A stretch of 64,000 nt of DNA, taken from the NCBI GenBank assembly GCA_039189765.1, contig JBCCYL010000031.1, positions 1 through 64,000 on the forward strand. The letters run 5' to 3'. This document shows positions 28,501 through 36,760 of the stretch, piece by piece (within the stretch, counting starts at the first letter, position 1; every line of letters begins with the position of its first letter). The stretch is from Cyanobacteria bacterium P01_F01_bin.150 (GTDB taxonomy: Bacteria > Cyanobacteriota > Cyanobacteriia > CAKZMO01). The notes below the pieces were generated by a model. It was not told the DNA's origin. It did no database searches and was given only the letters and a program-made list of their open reading frames with translations. Made by a program: the position numbers and the translations under genes.

Positions 28501-29624
28501 CCACTGTGCCAAAGCCCTGTGGCCACTCCCGCATAGCTTAGCCCTGTACCATCATGTTGGGTTATGCCATCGTCCAAGGCATCTGCGATAGTTTCCACGG
28601 TAAAATTCAGCGATTTCATGGCTTGACCAATGTCAGTCTCGGTGGCTCCTTCATCCCACAGCACGTCGGCTAGTTTTCTAGACCCAAAGGTGTGGCCACT
28701 ATGCCATAGTCCTTCCGCAATACTCGAATAGCCAAACGTTGTCCCATCATCCAGCGCATCCGCAATGGTTTCTATATTCCAGCTCAGACCAAAATTGAAG
28801 GCTTGAGCAATTTGTTTAGCACTAGCCCCTTCTTGTTGTAAAACGTTGGCCAAATCTCGGGTGCCAAAGGTTGCGGTTCGATTGTCCCAGAGTTCTTTGG
28901 CCCTGGTAATGTACCCGGAGCCTGTCTCACTATGAGTTGCCCCATCACCAATGCTCCCATCACCAATGCTCCCGTCACCATTACTCCCGTCACCATTACT
29001 CCCGTCACCAATGCTCCCGTCACCAATGCTTCCGTCACCATTACTCCCGCTTTGCGGGGGTTGAGGTGGCTCAACAGATGGATCAATCCCGATGGTAATA
29101 TCTCCCTCCACCGGAGGCATAATTCCAATGCTAATGCCTCCTTGGGGTGGGGGGACGATTTCAAGGGTAGTCTTTCCGTTGGCGGGAGGTGCAATCCCGA
29201 TGGTCATATCTGCCCCACCGGTTATGTTTCCCAATAGGCTATCCGCTGTGGATTGTCCAGTGATGGGGCCATCTCCCATGTTTCCAAGCAGAACGTCACT
29301 ACTCTGGCTACCTTTGCCAAGCTGCCCCGGCCCCTTTCCCCCAAGCAGTGGGGTATTACTCATTTGTACATCTTGAAGCCCCAACATGCTGTCCGGCCCC
29401 ATGTCATTCACCAGTCCATCAATCAGTTCTCCTACAAGGGTGCTGTGGGCTTTGGGAGCTAAGTCAAGCTGATTGGCATGGGAACCACCGACCCCTTGAT
29501 ATTGAATTAGGGGCAGCGCTGATGTTCCGCTGTCATCAACAGTACCAATGATGTTTGATGTGATATTTTCGGCGATACTGGTAGTCAGCATGCTGTTGGG
29601 GTTGGGTGCGTTAAGAGTATTCAT
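25590..29624 (-). CDS. large hypothetical protein: low-complexity N-terminus, ~10 tandem 65-aa helical repeats, helical C-terminal region
   Basis: 1344-aa ORF with GAGG RBS; repeat TIADAxDDGVTKSDGTTLNYxDTAIALWxSGH...LADLLWDEGAxQxxIGxAMKxLGFxL. Confidence 0.88.
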   Translation of the reverse strand: MNTLNAPNPNSMLTTSIAENITSNIIGTVDDSGTSALPLIQYQGVGGSHANQLDLAPKAHSTLVGELIDGLVNDMGPDSMLGLQDVQMSNTPLLGGKGPGQLGKGSQSSDVLLGNMGDGPITGQSTADSLLGNITGGADMTIGIAPPANGKTTLEIVPPPQGGISIGIMPPVEGDITIGIDPSVEPPQPPQSGSNGDGSIGDGSIGDGSNGDGSNGDGSIGDGSIGDGATHSETGSGYITRAKELWDNRTATFGTRDLANVLQQEGASAKQIAQAFNFGLSWNIETIADALDDGTTFGYSSIAEGLWHSGHTFGSRKLADVLWDEGATETDIGQAMKSLNFTVETIADALDDGITQHDGTGLSYAGVATGLWHSGHTFDTRKLADLLWDEGASQADIGQAMKALNFGLSTIADAMDDGVTKSDGTTLNYTSVATALWESGHAISTRTLADLLWDEGAAQDEIGRAMKNLGFGLTTIADAMDDGVTKSDGTTLNYTDTAIALWNSGHAFGTRQLADLLWDEGATQAQIGKAMKHLEFDLTTIADAIDDGVTKSDGTTLNYTDTAIALWNSGHSINSRTLADLLWDEGATQEQIGQAMKHLGFGLSTIADAIDDGVTKSDGTTLNYMDTAIALWNSGHSINSRTLADLLWDEGASQAQIGKVMKNLGFGLKTIADAIDDGVTKSDGATLNYIDTAIALWHSGHNPSARQIADLLWDEGASQTQIGQAMKHLGFSLRTIADALDDGVTKSNGAGLNYTSVAVGLRNSGYRPSARQIADLLWDEGASQSDIGQALKYLGFGLRTIADAIDDGVTKSDGTTLNYIDTAIALWHSGLPTNSREVADILWDEGAYQETIGKALRYLGISKEGIADAMADGVTNGTSRMNATDVALAVWHSGHGMSSYRLGKILRDEGFGRNSAASAVSSVTGVSYAKAWLDVAVSDVKDWLNDTAKQARAIGNTIEQFYDDNKAIGGILNAPTVIGVETTKSIIQSIEAVNTDTIVDLLKRIPVVGTAVGAVEGLVNALEGDDKGALKSAIDSALAFYGASNVITPKMVDFAIDILWELKDEDYQGAISETLTNLGVQQTVSEVFVAVAWAMEQGSWETAIDAALSQVGLPNATELVDMAWNILEQNYQEALKAGLDLVGVNTLGIDQAKADAIIQVAVAIREGDTNTVADYLIALAGTDAHPLNQSEWVKALRDGNPADDRQALQLGLSELGFAHATQWVDTIWAVKDGQYLDAVSNILSLGQFQSAEDWLSIIGDLKQEKYLDALATAFDLADFQDGQSLAEAAIAVRDGDLIEAVYESFDLIEGGSDLKDAFKALVDFDLPDFIASMVNAAPILLKLL
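26890..28769 (-). repeat. coding tandem repeat, 195-bp (65-aa) unit, about 10 copies
   Basis: GGTCACCCCATCATC recurs at 195-bp spacing (e.g. 27780 and 27975). Confidence 0.92.
28941..29049 (-). repeat. 15-bp coding microrepeat, GDGS(I/N) about 7 times
   Basis: (C/T)CC(A/G)TCACCA(ATG/TTA)CT units in tandem. Confidence 0.9.
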
Positions 29625-29721
29625 GGGACAACCTCATCAAATAAAAGAGTGTGAAGATACAGGCAACCGAAATATGCATTAGGAGAATGCCAAAACACGG
29701 TTGTTTAATGCATCTGTTGAC

Positions 29722-29751
29722 TTATCAGGGCGATCGCCAAAAGTTCTGCAA
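29722..29751 (-). promoter_or_regulatory. candidate alternative-sigma promoter TTGCA-N17-CCTGATAA
   Basis: About 98 nt upstream of the 29624 start; same boxes and spacing at 30963-30992 and 31046-31075. Confidence 0.5.
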
Positions 29752-29775
29752 AGATTTTTCCCAGTTATCCAATTC

Positions 29776-30063
29776 TTGGGTATCAACTTTAGTCGGGTGG
29801 TGGGGGCGCGTCGCATCCATACCAAAGACCTACATTTTGTAGCATTGGTGATTAGAAATTGCAGCTACGCGTACAAGAAACGCCCACGCAGGTTAGCCTT
29901 ATGCTAGTCTGCGTAGGCGGACTTAGTTTGTATCGTCGCGGTTTTAACGGCCAGAGACTTTTCAGATACCCTCTACTAAAAGGGTTCCAACGTAAGGCGG
30001 AACAAGTTTGTGGAAAATTGGGGCGCAACGCGCCCCAATTTTCCACCTAGAGTTGATACCCAA
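29776..30063. mobile_element. composite miniature element with 17-bp terminal inverted repeats and nested palindromic repeats
   Basis: TTGGGTATCAACTTTAG ... CTAGAGTTGATACCCAA; sub-terminal hairpins; the inner 29846-29953 is a degenerate copy of the MITE core at 47519-47635. Confidence 0.65.
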
Positions 30064-30081
30064 TTAAAAACAGTGGACTTA

Positions 30082-30870
30082 CTAAATAATTAATGAAAAC
30101 TTGGAAAGAATCACTGAGGTAATCAATAACACTAATATAAGAGAAAGGGTTAATATGAGTTTGAGCTTATAACTGATCGCATCATTTTTCCCCTGAATTT
30201 GCAAGAGAGTATAGTCGTAGTCATTATTGATGTTTTGTTCCAAAACACTGGCAAGATGAGAAATTGTACAGTTAAACACTGGTAATTCTTCATCTTCGTC
30301 AAATTTTCTATTTCTTTGCTTGCCCTTAATATATGATTGGTAATCATTTTCAGTTGATTTTAATATGTGGTAAGCCCAATGAAATGAAATATAATTTTGC
30401 CATCCTAAAATCATATCTTGCCCTATCTTAGTTGCGCTTTTAACAGCTTTATTGGCTTTGATCGCAGAATTATCTTTATCTTGACCTAGTTGATTTAAGG
30501 CATTCAAGGCAAGCTGGAAGAAGTGCTTCTTTCCGATAAAGTCCTTCATCAGCTGGGAACATACTCCAGCTAAGAAATAGGAGTGTATTTGCTCTATATC
30601 TGATAGCTGATTACCTGCCTGATTAAAGTATTCAATTGCCTTCCCAAGTTGTAAATCTGTTTTTTCGTAATCCCCTTCCTGATGATAGCGACTTGCTAAT
30701 GTTAGGGCATTTTTCCCAGATATATAAGGAGACTCAATTAATCGATCTATCCTCTCTTCTATTCTTTCCTCTTCAAGTTCCCTAATGCTGCTTAGCATTT
30801 CATCATAAAATTTCTCTAGAGTCCATGATACGAACCCCTCTAACAAGATATCGTCAACTAAAGCTACCAT
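30082..30870 (-). CDS. hypothetical protein, TPR-like helices with a C-terminal transmembrane segment
   Basis: 262-aa AT-rich ORF with AGGAG RBS; LILTLSLILVLLITSVIL tail. Confidence 0.7.
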   Translation of the reverse strand: MVALVDDILLEGFVSWTLEKFYDEMLSSIRELEEERIEERIDRLIESPYISGKNALTLASRYHQEGDYEKTDLQLGKAIEYFNQAGNQLSDIEQIHSYFLAGVCSQLMKDFIGKKHFFQLALNALNQLGQDKDNSAIKANKAVKSATKIGQDMILGWQNYISFHWAYHILKSTENDYQSYIKGKQRNRKFDEDEELPVFNCTISHLASVLEQNINNDYDYTLLQIQGKNDAISYKLKLILTLSLILVLLITSVILSKFSLII

Positions 30871-30962
30871 TTTAATGAACTCCTATATTTGATAACTAAA
30901 ACGACTAACACCATGCATGATGATGGGGGGAAATACACCCCCTGCTTGGAGCCGTTGTTAAC

Positions 30963-30992
30963 CTATCAGGGCGATCGCCAAATGTTCTGCAA
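30963..30992 (-). promoter_or_regulatory. candidate alternative-sigma promoter TTGCA-N17-CCTGATAG
   Basis: About 93 nt upstream of the 30870 start; near-identical to 29722-29751 including the spacer. Confidence 0.5.
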
Positions 30993-31045
30993 AATCATAG
31001 CTTCTCCCTATTTTTAATTTATTTTGCATTTTTTACGCTAATCAA

Positions 31046-31075
31046 TTGCACACTAATAACTTTTCTGCCCGATAG
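31046..31075 (+). promoter_or_regulatory. candidate autoregulatory promoter TTGCA-N17-CCCGATAG upstream of the sigma gene
   Basis: Same boxes and 17-nt spacing as the other two, but an unrelated spacer sequence. Confidence 0.5.
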
Positions 31076-31145
31076 CTTTGTAAGCGCATTAGTTAGCCGT
31101 ATTATTTTTAGAGGCTTGGCGGGTCAAGGAGATGAGGATTATGTG

Positions 31146-31835
31146 ATGACAGATATTCAAGACAATCCGAAGCAAGACAGCCCGAGGCACAATGCCCGAA
31201 TGCAAGCTGATCTGATATCAATAGTGGCCGAATCCTGTCAGCATCCTGAAGGCAGTGCCAGACGTCAAAAAGGATTGACCCAAATTATTCGACAGGTTCG
31301 TCCCAAGCTTTGGCATGAAAATACCCCCTATTACGAAGATGCGTTACAGCAAACGTGGATCTACTTTTGTCGAAATCTGTGCCGGAGTCATACCGGAAAA
31401 CAGTATGACCCTGAGCAAGCCTCGCTGGTCACCTGGCTTAACGCTTACCTTAAGCGCCGTTTACAGGATGGGTTTATTGCAGCTCAAAAGCAAAAGGCAA
31501 CAACGGTTTCAGCGTTCGCTGATACTGGAGACGGTGAGTCAGGGTCACGGAATCTGATTGACTCGATTGCCAGTCGTCCCAGCGTTCCTCCCATGCTCGA
31601 TCGGGTCAAGCAGTGGGTTGAAACAGACCCCGATGGTTCGCTCCGTAAGGTTCACATTGAGGGCCATCCCCAGGTGAACTGCCAGATGTTACTGTTGCGG
31701 CGATTGCCTCCAGAGACGCCATGGAAAGAGCTAGCCGCTGAATTTGGATTAACCGTTGGTAGCCTGAGCAGCTTTTATACCCGTCAGTGTCTGTCTCGGT
31801 TGCGGGCGTTTGGAGAATCAGAAGGATACCTTTAG
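31146..31835 (+). CDS. sigma-70 family (ECF-like, DUF1822-associated) sigma factor
   Basis: Region-2-like YEDALQQTWIYFCRN..YDPEQASLVTWLNAYLKRR; C-terminal HTH WKELAAEFGLTVGSLSSFY; ATG 31146 after GAGG. Confidence 0.85.
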   Translation: MTDIQDNPKQDSPRHNARMQADLISIVAESCQHPEGSARRQKGLTQIIRQVRPKLWHENTPYYEDALQQTWIYFCRNLCRSHTGKQYDPEQASLVTWLNAYLKRRLQDGFIAAQKQKATTVSAFADTGDGESGSRNLIDSIASRPSVPPMLDRVKQWVETDPDGSLRKVHIEGHPQVNCQMLLLRRLPPETPWKELAAEFGLTVGSLSSFYTRQCLSRLRAFGESEGYL

Positions 31836-31881
31836 CGGCTGTTTGCGCTTAAAGGATTTACAAGAAATAGCCAATACTTTT

Positions 31882-31912
31882 GATGGGCACACGTTCGTTT
31901 TGCCCATCCTAC
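31882..31912. repeat. REP-like hairpin after the sigma gene
   Basis: GATGGGCA...TGCCCATC followed by CTAC. Confidence 0.5.
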
Positions 31913-32016
31913 GGAAGCGGTGTGTTATGGCCAAAATAGATCCCTAAATAGCATTGGCTAAATATCCAATAGATCATGTCAACTCAATAAAAACGCAAAC
32001 TTAGGGAGAGAAAGCA

Positions 32017-33090
32017 ATGGTATATGGCCATTATGAAACGGATGAGGCATTAGTCTTGCCGATTACCCAGCAAGGTAGAGATATTGCCCAGCAGTTTGTG
32101 GATCAGAACCCGATATCGAGTCATGGCGAACGCATTCGACTCAATACCCTGGCCGTTTGGGTCGTGAATGACTATCTCACCTTAATGGGCATTCCCACCC
32201 ACCTGGCCCTGAGCGATAGCTGGAATCCGATGATGCGTTTGGCTGGAGATATGGCTGATTTAGAGGTTGACGGGCTGGGAAAGTTAGAATGTCGGCCCAT
32301 TCGCGAAACTGATCAAGAATGCGACGTTCCTCCCGAAACCTGGGAGTTGAGAATTGGTTATTTAGTCGTAGAAATTGACAAGACCTATCGGCAGGCCAAA
32401 CTGTTAGGCTTTGCCCCAACGGTCACCAGCGAGACCCTATCCAGGCAACGTCTCCGCCCTCTGGATGATTTTATTGATCACCTAGCAGACCTCCGCCAGA
32501 CGGCCTCAGCGATCGCCCCATCCCCCATCCCCCCGGATGAAGTTCCCGAACGCCCATTCAACGCAACGGAATCTGAAACCGCCAGCTCAATTCAATCGTT
32601 GGTCCCAACGGATTTGGCACAATGGCTAAATAATATCGTTGAGGCCGGATGGCAGCAACTGGACCAATTCTTGAATCCCCAGACCCTGGCTCCTGCTTAT
32701 GCCTTTAGGAGTACGAATGACCCTATGGATGAACAAGGGACGGGAGAGGGCAGAGAAGATAGCGAGGACATTGATATTGAGCGGGCCAAACTGGTTGACC
32801 TGGGCATCCAACTCGGCGCTTGTCAGGTCGTGTTGGTGGTTCAGCTCAAGCGAGAATCTAGCCAAACAACCGACATTACGCTGCAACTCTACCCTGAGCC
32901 AGGACAAGCCTTTCTTGCCTTAGGCGTTGACCTCCAAGTGCTGGACGACGGTGGTTCAGTGTTTTTACAAACCCAATCGCGGGATGCAGATAATTACATC
33001 CAACTGAAATTTAGTGGCGATCGCTCCGAGCAGTTCACCGTCCGCATTGCCTTAGGAGAGGCCGCAATAACAGAATCATTCATTATTTGA
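32017..33090 (+). CDS. DUF1822 family protein
   Basis: NTLAVWVVNDYL, SDSWNP, ADLEVDGLGKLECRP, RIGYLVVEI, LLGF; LAQWL..GWQ; C-terminal RAKLVDLG...DNYIQLKFSG..E.F. Confidence 0.9.
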   Translation: MVYGHYETDEALVLPITQQGRDIAQQFVDQNPISSHGERIRLNTLAVWVVNDYLTLMGIPTHLALSDSWNPMMRLAGDMADLEVDGLGKLECRPIRETDQECDVPPETWELRIGYLVVEIDKTYRQAKLLGFAPTVTSETLSRQRLRPLDDFIDHLADLRQTASAIAPSPIPPDEVPERPFNATESETASSIQSLVPTDLAQWLNNIVEAGWQQLDQFLNPQTLAPAYAFRSTNDPMDEQGTGEGREDSEDIDIERAKLVDLGIQLGACQVVLVVQLKRESSQTTDITLQLYPEPGQAFLALGVDLQVLDDGGSVFLQTQSRDADNYIQLKFSGDRSEQFTVRIALGEAAITESFII

Positions 33091-33124
33091 TTCGCAATCC
33101 CAGTCAGCACAAGAGGACCGGATA

Positions 33125-35590
33125 ATGAGTAAAGTGGTCGTCCTAAAAGTGGGTGACGGTAGCGTTCAAACGGGATTTCCGGTGACGTTGCAAATGGGTG
33201 AAGAGGGATACCAAACGGCGATCGAAGTCACGGGCGCGTTTCCCCCGGTCCCTTTGTTGCTGGAGGAATACCAGCGCTGGCAAACGGCCTATCGAAGTTT
33301 GGGCAATGCCTATCGACTGGAAGCCAAGACGGGATATGTCACCAATGTGTCTGTGGTCGGAGACTGCCATGACTTAGCCCAGTCGTTTAGCGATCGCTTC
33401 AACCAATGGTTTCAATCCGATGCCGTCCGTCCCATTCGGGAAACATTATTGGAACAGCTCGATCCCAGCGAGGTTATACGCATTATTCTCCAAACCAATA
33501 GTGCCGACCTCAAGCGGTTTCCATGGCATCTTTTGGATTTCTTTGAACGCTATCCTCGGGCGGAAGTGGCCCTCGGTGCGGTGTCATTTGCACCAGCGGG
33601 GCGATCGCCCATTCCTGGAGACGCCATTCGCATTTTGGCGATTTTAGGACATGCCCAAGGTCTGGATATTGAGCAGGACCAGGCGCTCTTAAATTGCCTA
33701 CCCCACGCCGATGTTCACTTTTTAATCGAGCCGTCCTACCCAGAACTGAATGAAACGCTGTGGGATGCTCAAGGGTGGGATATCCTCTTTTTTGCAGGCC
33801 ATAGTTCTAGTCAAGGACGATCCTCGTTTAATCCTGCATCGAATACTGCATCGAATATCACAACAAATACCGCATCTGGCTTAGAAGGATGCATTGCCAT
33901 AAACCCAGAAGAAACCCTGTCCATAACGCAATTGCGATATGCCCTCAAAACTGCACGACAGCGAGGGTTAGGGATTGCAATTTTTAACTCCTGTGATGGA
34001 TTGGGACTAGCGGATGGATTGGCCGAACTGAACATTCCCGAAGTTTTGGTGATGCGGGAACCGATACCGGACCAGGTGGCCCATGAATTTCTGAAGAGCT
34101 TTTTAGCCGCCTTTGCCCGAGAATCTCCCCTATATTTGGCCGTGCGGGAGGCGAGGGAGCGCTTACAGGGATTGGAAGGTCAGTTTCCCTGCGCGACCTG
34201 GTTACCTGTGATTTTCCAAAACCCCGCAGAGAACCCGCCAACATGGCAAACCCTGTATGAGGAGCGAGTGCAGAAATGTAACGTCTCTGAGCCAGAATCC
34301 AGTCGATCAGGACCCAGCCCCTCAGATCCCAGGGTTCTCCAAGAACCCTGGGATCTACCGTTTCCGCTATCGTTCAAACAGCGGACCCTCGTTGCCTTGA
34401 TGACCAGTACTGGCGTTGCTGCTCTGTTGACGATGGTTCGGCTATTGGGCGGTTTGCAACCCTTGGAACTGAAAGCCTATGACTGGATGTTGACCATGCG
34501 GCCTCTGGAACAGCCCGATCGACGCATTGTGGTGATTGAAACCAGTGCCGACGATGTGGACGCATCGGTGACCCTCTCTAACGAGGTTCTATATCAATTA
34601 TTGGCAAGCCTTGACACCTATCAACCCCGATTAATTGGCCTGGATTTATATCGGGATTTTTCGGCGAGTCCCGATCATAATGAGCTTGCTCAGCGTCTGG
34701 GCACAACAGAAAACCTCGTTTCTATTTGTCAGTCTAGCGATACGGCGATCGCCATTCGAGGGATTGAACCCTCACCCGATATTCCCTTTGCTCAAATTGG
34801 CTTTAGTGATTTCCTTGCTGATGGTGATGGGGTACTGCGGCGTCATTTAGTGGCCATGACTCCGGAACTCACCTCTCCCTGTCAATCTAGCTATGCCTTT
34901 AGTACCCAACTAGCGCTGCGGTATCTGGTGGTAGCGGGCTATGGTGAGCCGCTATGGACAGATGATGGATTATTCAAGTTGGGCGATACCGTCCTTGAGC
35001 CAATTGCCGCCCAATCCGGGGCCTACCAATCTATCGACGCAGAGGGCTATCAGATTCTGCTGAATTATCGCAGTCTGTCGTCCCCCAAACAAATTGTCGA
35101 AACCGTCCCGCTGCAACAGATCCTCGATCGGACATTACCCAACAATGCCCTAACGGACAAAATTGTTTTAATCGGTCGTACAGATAATGACTCTGGGGAT
35201 TTATGGCGTACGCCCTATGCCCCCTCCAATCAAATTACAATAAGCGTTCCAGGAGTGTTTGTGCATGCCCATATGATTAGCCAAATGCTGAGTACCGTTA
35301 TGGACAATCGGCCTCTGTTGCAGCCCTGGCCGGAATGGGGTGAGATAATGTGGATCCTATTATGGGCATGGGTGAGTGGGGGATTGCTGCTGCTGCCGGG
35401 TTGGGACACGCCCTCCAGCCCCAAAGTTGCAAAGCTAGCCCTCGGGGTCCTGGGGACAGAAATCGGTCTGTGGGGAGTGACTTGGATAATGCTAGTTCAA
35501 AAGGGGGTATGGGTTCCGATTGTTCCACCCGCGATCGCGATCGCCCTTACTGCCATCATCATACTTCGCATTAAACCGAAATCTAAATAA
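33125..35590 (+). CDS. membrane protein: N-terminal CHAT protease, TM, CHASE2 sensor, 3 TM
   Basis: WDILFFAGHS (His) and IAIFNSCDGLG (Cys); LQPLELKAYDW..DRRIVVI, IGLDLYRD, IGFSDFLADGDGVLRR, PGVFVHAHMISQ. Confidence 0.92.
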   Translation: MSKVVVLKVGDGSVQTGFPVTLQMGEEGYQTAIEVTGAFPPVPLLLEEYQRWQTAYRSLGNAYRLEAKTGYVTNVSVVGDCHDLAQSFSDRFNQWFQSDAVRPIRETLLEQLDPSEVIRIILQTNSADLKRFPWHLLDFFERYPRAEVALGAVSFAPAGRSPIPGDAIRILAILGHAQGLDIEQDQALLNCLPHADVHFLIEPSYPELNETLWDAQGWDILFFAGHSSSQGRSSFNPASNTASNITTNTASGLEGCIAINPEETLSITQLRYALKTARQRGLGIAIFNSCDGLGLADGLAELNIPEVLVMREPIPDQVAHEFLKSFLAAFARESPLYLAVREARERLQGLEGQFPCATWLPVIFQNPAENPPTWQTLYEERVQKCNVSEPESSRSGPSPSDPRVLQEPWDLPFPLSFKQRTLVALMTSTGVAALLTMVRLLGGLQPLELKAYDWMLTMRPLEQPDRRIVVIETSADDVDASVTLSNEVLYQLLASLDTYQPRLIGLDLYRDFSASPDHNELAQRLGTTENLVSICQSSDTAIAIRGIEPSPDIPFAQIGFSDFLADGDGVLRRHLVAMTPELTSPCQSSYAFSTQLALRYLVVAGYGEPLWTDDGLFKLGDTVLEPIAAQSGAYQSIDAEGYQILLNYRSLSSPKQIVETVPLQQILDRTLPNNALTDKIVLIGRTDNDSGDLWRTPYAPSNQITISVPGVFVHAHMISQMLSTVMDNRPLLQPWPEWGEIMWILLWAWVSGGLLLLPGWDTPSSPKVAKLALGVLGTEIGLWGVTWIMLVQKGVWVPIVPPAIAIALTAIIILRIKPKSK

Positions 35591-35617
35591 AGGGGAGTAT
35601 ACTCCCAACGGCTGAGA

Positions 35618-35660
35618 TTATGAGGTGTGTCCCCCGCGCAGCGGGGGACACACCTCATAA
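35618..35660. repeat. perfect 20-bp-stem hairpin (REP-like) between the CHASE2 and DUF928 genes
   Basis: TTATGAGGTGTGTCCCCCGC-GCA-GCGGGGGACACACCTCATAA. Confidence 0.85.
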
Positions 35661-35678
35661 AAAGTCCAGCATCCAGCC

Positions 35679-36554
35679 GTGCATAGTATAAAGAGGGTAG
35701 AAAAAATGCTAATCAAACACATGGGAATCAGACGAGTTTTAATCAAGCCACTATCAATTCTGACCCTGTCGGGTCTATGGGGCATCGTTAGTAGCTCGTT
35801 TGGAGGATTAGTATTACCTGCGTGGTCCACAGAACCTCCACTCGCCACCCCGAATCCCTCCAAACAATTTGTGCCACCGCCACCGCCGACAACCTTGGGG
35901 ACCCCTCAGGGGCGATCGCGGGGTGGCGGCAGTCGCGGCGACTGTCTCTGGCCAGAGGACTCACCTCCATTGACCGCCTTAGTTCCAACCAATAAAAACG
36001 AATTGGCTGGGCTTGAGTCGGTGTGGAGCTATACCATGAGCGATCGCCCCACTTTCTGGTTCTACCTGCCCTATGAATTAGAGGCCACCACGGACGTTCT
36101 TTTTATTTTGCAGGATGGTGACGGCAATACCCTAGAGGCATATTCCCAAATGTTTCGCCCTTCCTTATCTCCAGGCATTGTCAGCATTACACTACCGGAC
36201 ATTGCTCCGCCCCTGGACGTTGGCAAAGGATATCACTGGTTTTTCCAGGTTTACTGTGACGAAAACCCCGATTTTGTAGATGGATGGGTCTATCGAACAG
36301 CTCCAGAAACCGAACTAGACCAACAGCTCCAAGCCGCAGTGCCTAAAGACCAGTCGGCTATCTACGCGAACAACGGTATTTGGCAAGAAGCGATCGCATC
36401 CCTCGCTCGGTTACGTCAGGCTGATCCGGAGGATGGGGCGATCGCGTCAGACTGGCGGCAGTTACTGGAATCGGTTGGACTGGAGGCGATCGCGGACCAA
36501 CCATTTACAACCTGTTGTGAACCACCGCTATCTTCACCAAGTTTTGTAAATTAA
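35679..36554 (+). CDS. DUF928 family exported protein
   Basis: Hydrophobic N-terminus, FVPPPPP..GTPQGRSRGGGSRGDC, LTALVP, PTFWFYLPY, YANNGIWQEA, WRQLLESVGL; start may be 35706 or 35721. Confidence 0.9.
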   Translation: MHSIKRVEKMLIKHMGIRRVLIKPLSILTLSGLWGIVSSSFGGLVLPAWSTEPPLATPNPSKQFVPPPPPTTLGTPQGRSRGGGSRGDCLWPEDSPPLTALVPTNKNELAGLESVWSYTMSDRPTFWFYLPYELEATTDVLFILQDGDGNTLEAYSQMFRPSLSPGIVSITLPDIAPPLDVGKGYHWFFQVYCDENPDFVDGWVYRTAPETELDQQLQAAVPKDQSAIYANNGIWQEAIASLARLRQADPEDGAIASDWRQLLESVGLEAIADQPFTTCCEPPLSSPSFVN

Positions 36555-36760
36555 TTATTTTTGCTAGGGTCTGAAAAGATACCCAAAACCAATTAGTCTT
36601 AAATCTAAGATCGATCCTATCCCTAGACATATTGAACGCCATCATCTTTTCGATAGTTTAAAGTCTGATTTAAATCAGAAAACTTATCGATTGAGGGGAG
36701 GTTTTGTATGTCGATTTTATTCCCCCATAAAATCCCCTTTTTACATAGGTCGTGATAAAA

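Noticed and set aside
26890..28769. Regularly spaced DNA repeats as a possible CRISPR array or DGR template/variable repeats
   Set aside because: The 195-bp units are in-frame coding repeats with no unique spacers, the differences do not look adenine-specific, and no cas or reverse transcriptase gene is in the window
33826..33880. 12-bp imperfect repeats (NPAS NTAS NITT NTAS) beside the CHAT catalytic His
   Set aside because: An in-frame low-complexity loop insert; the dyad motifs are intact, so there is no evidence of inactivation or phase variation
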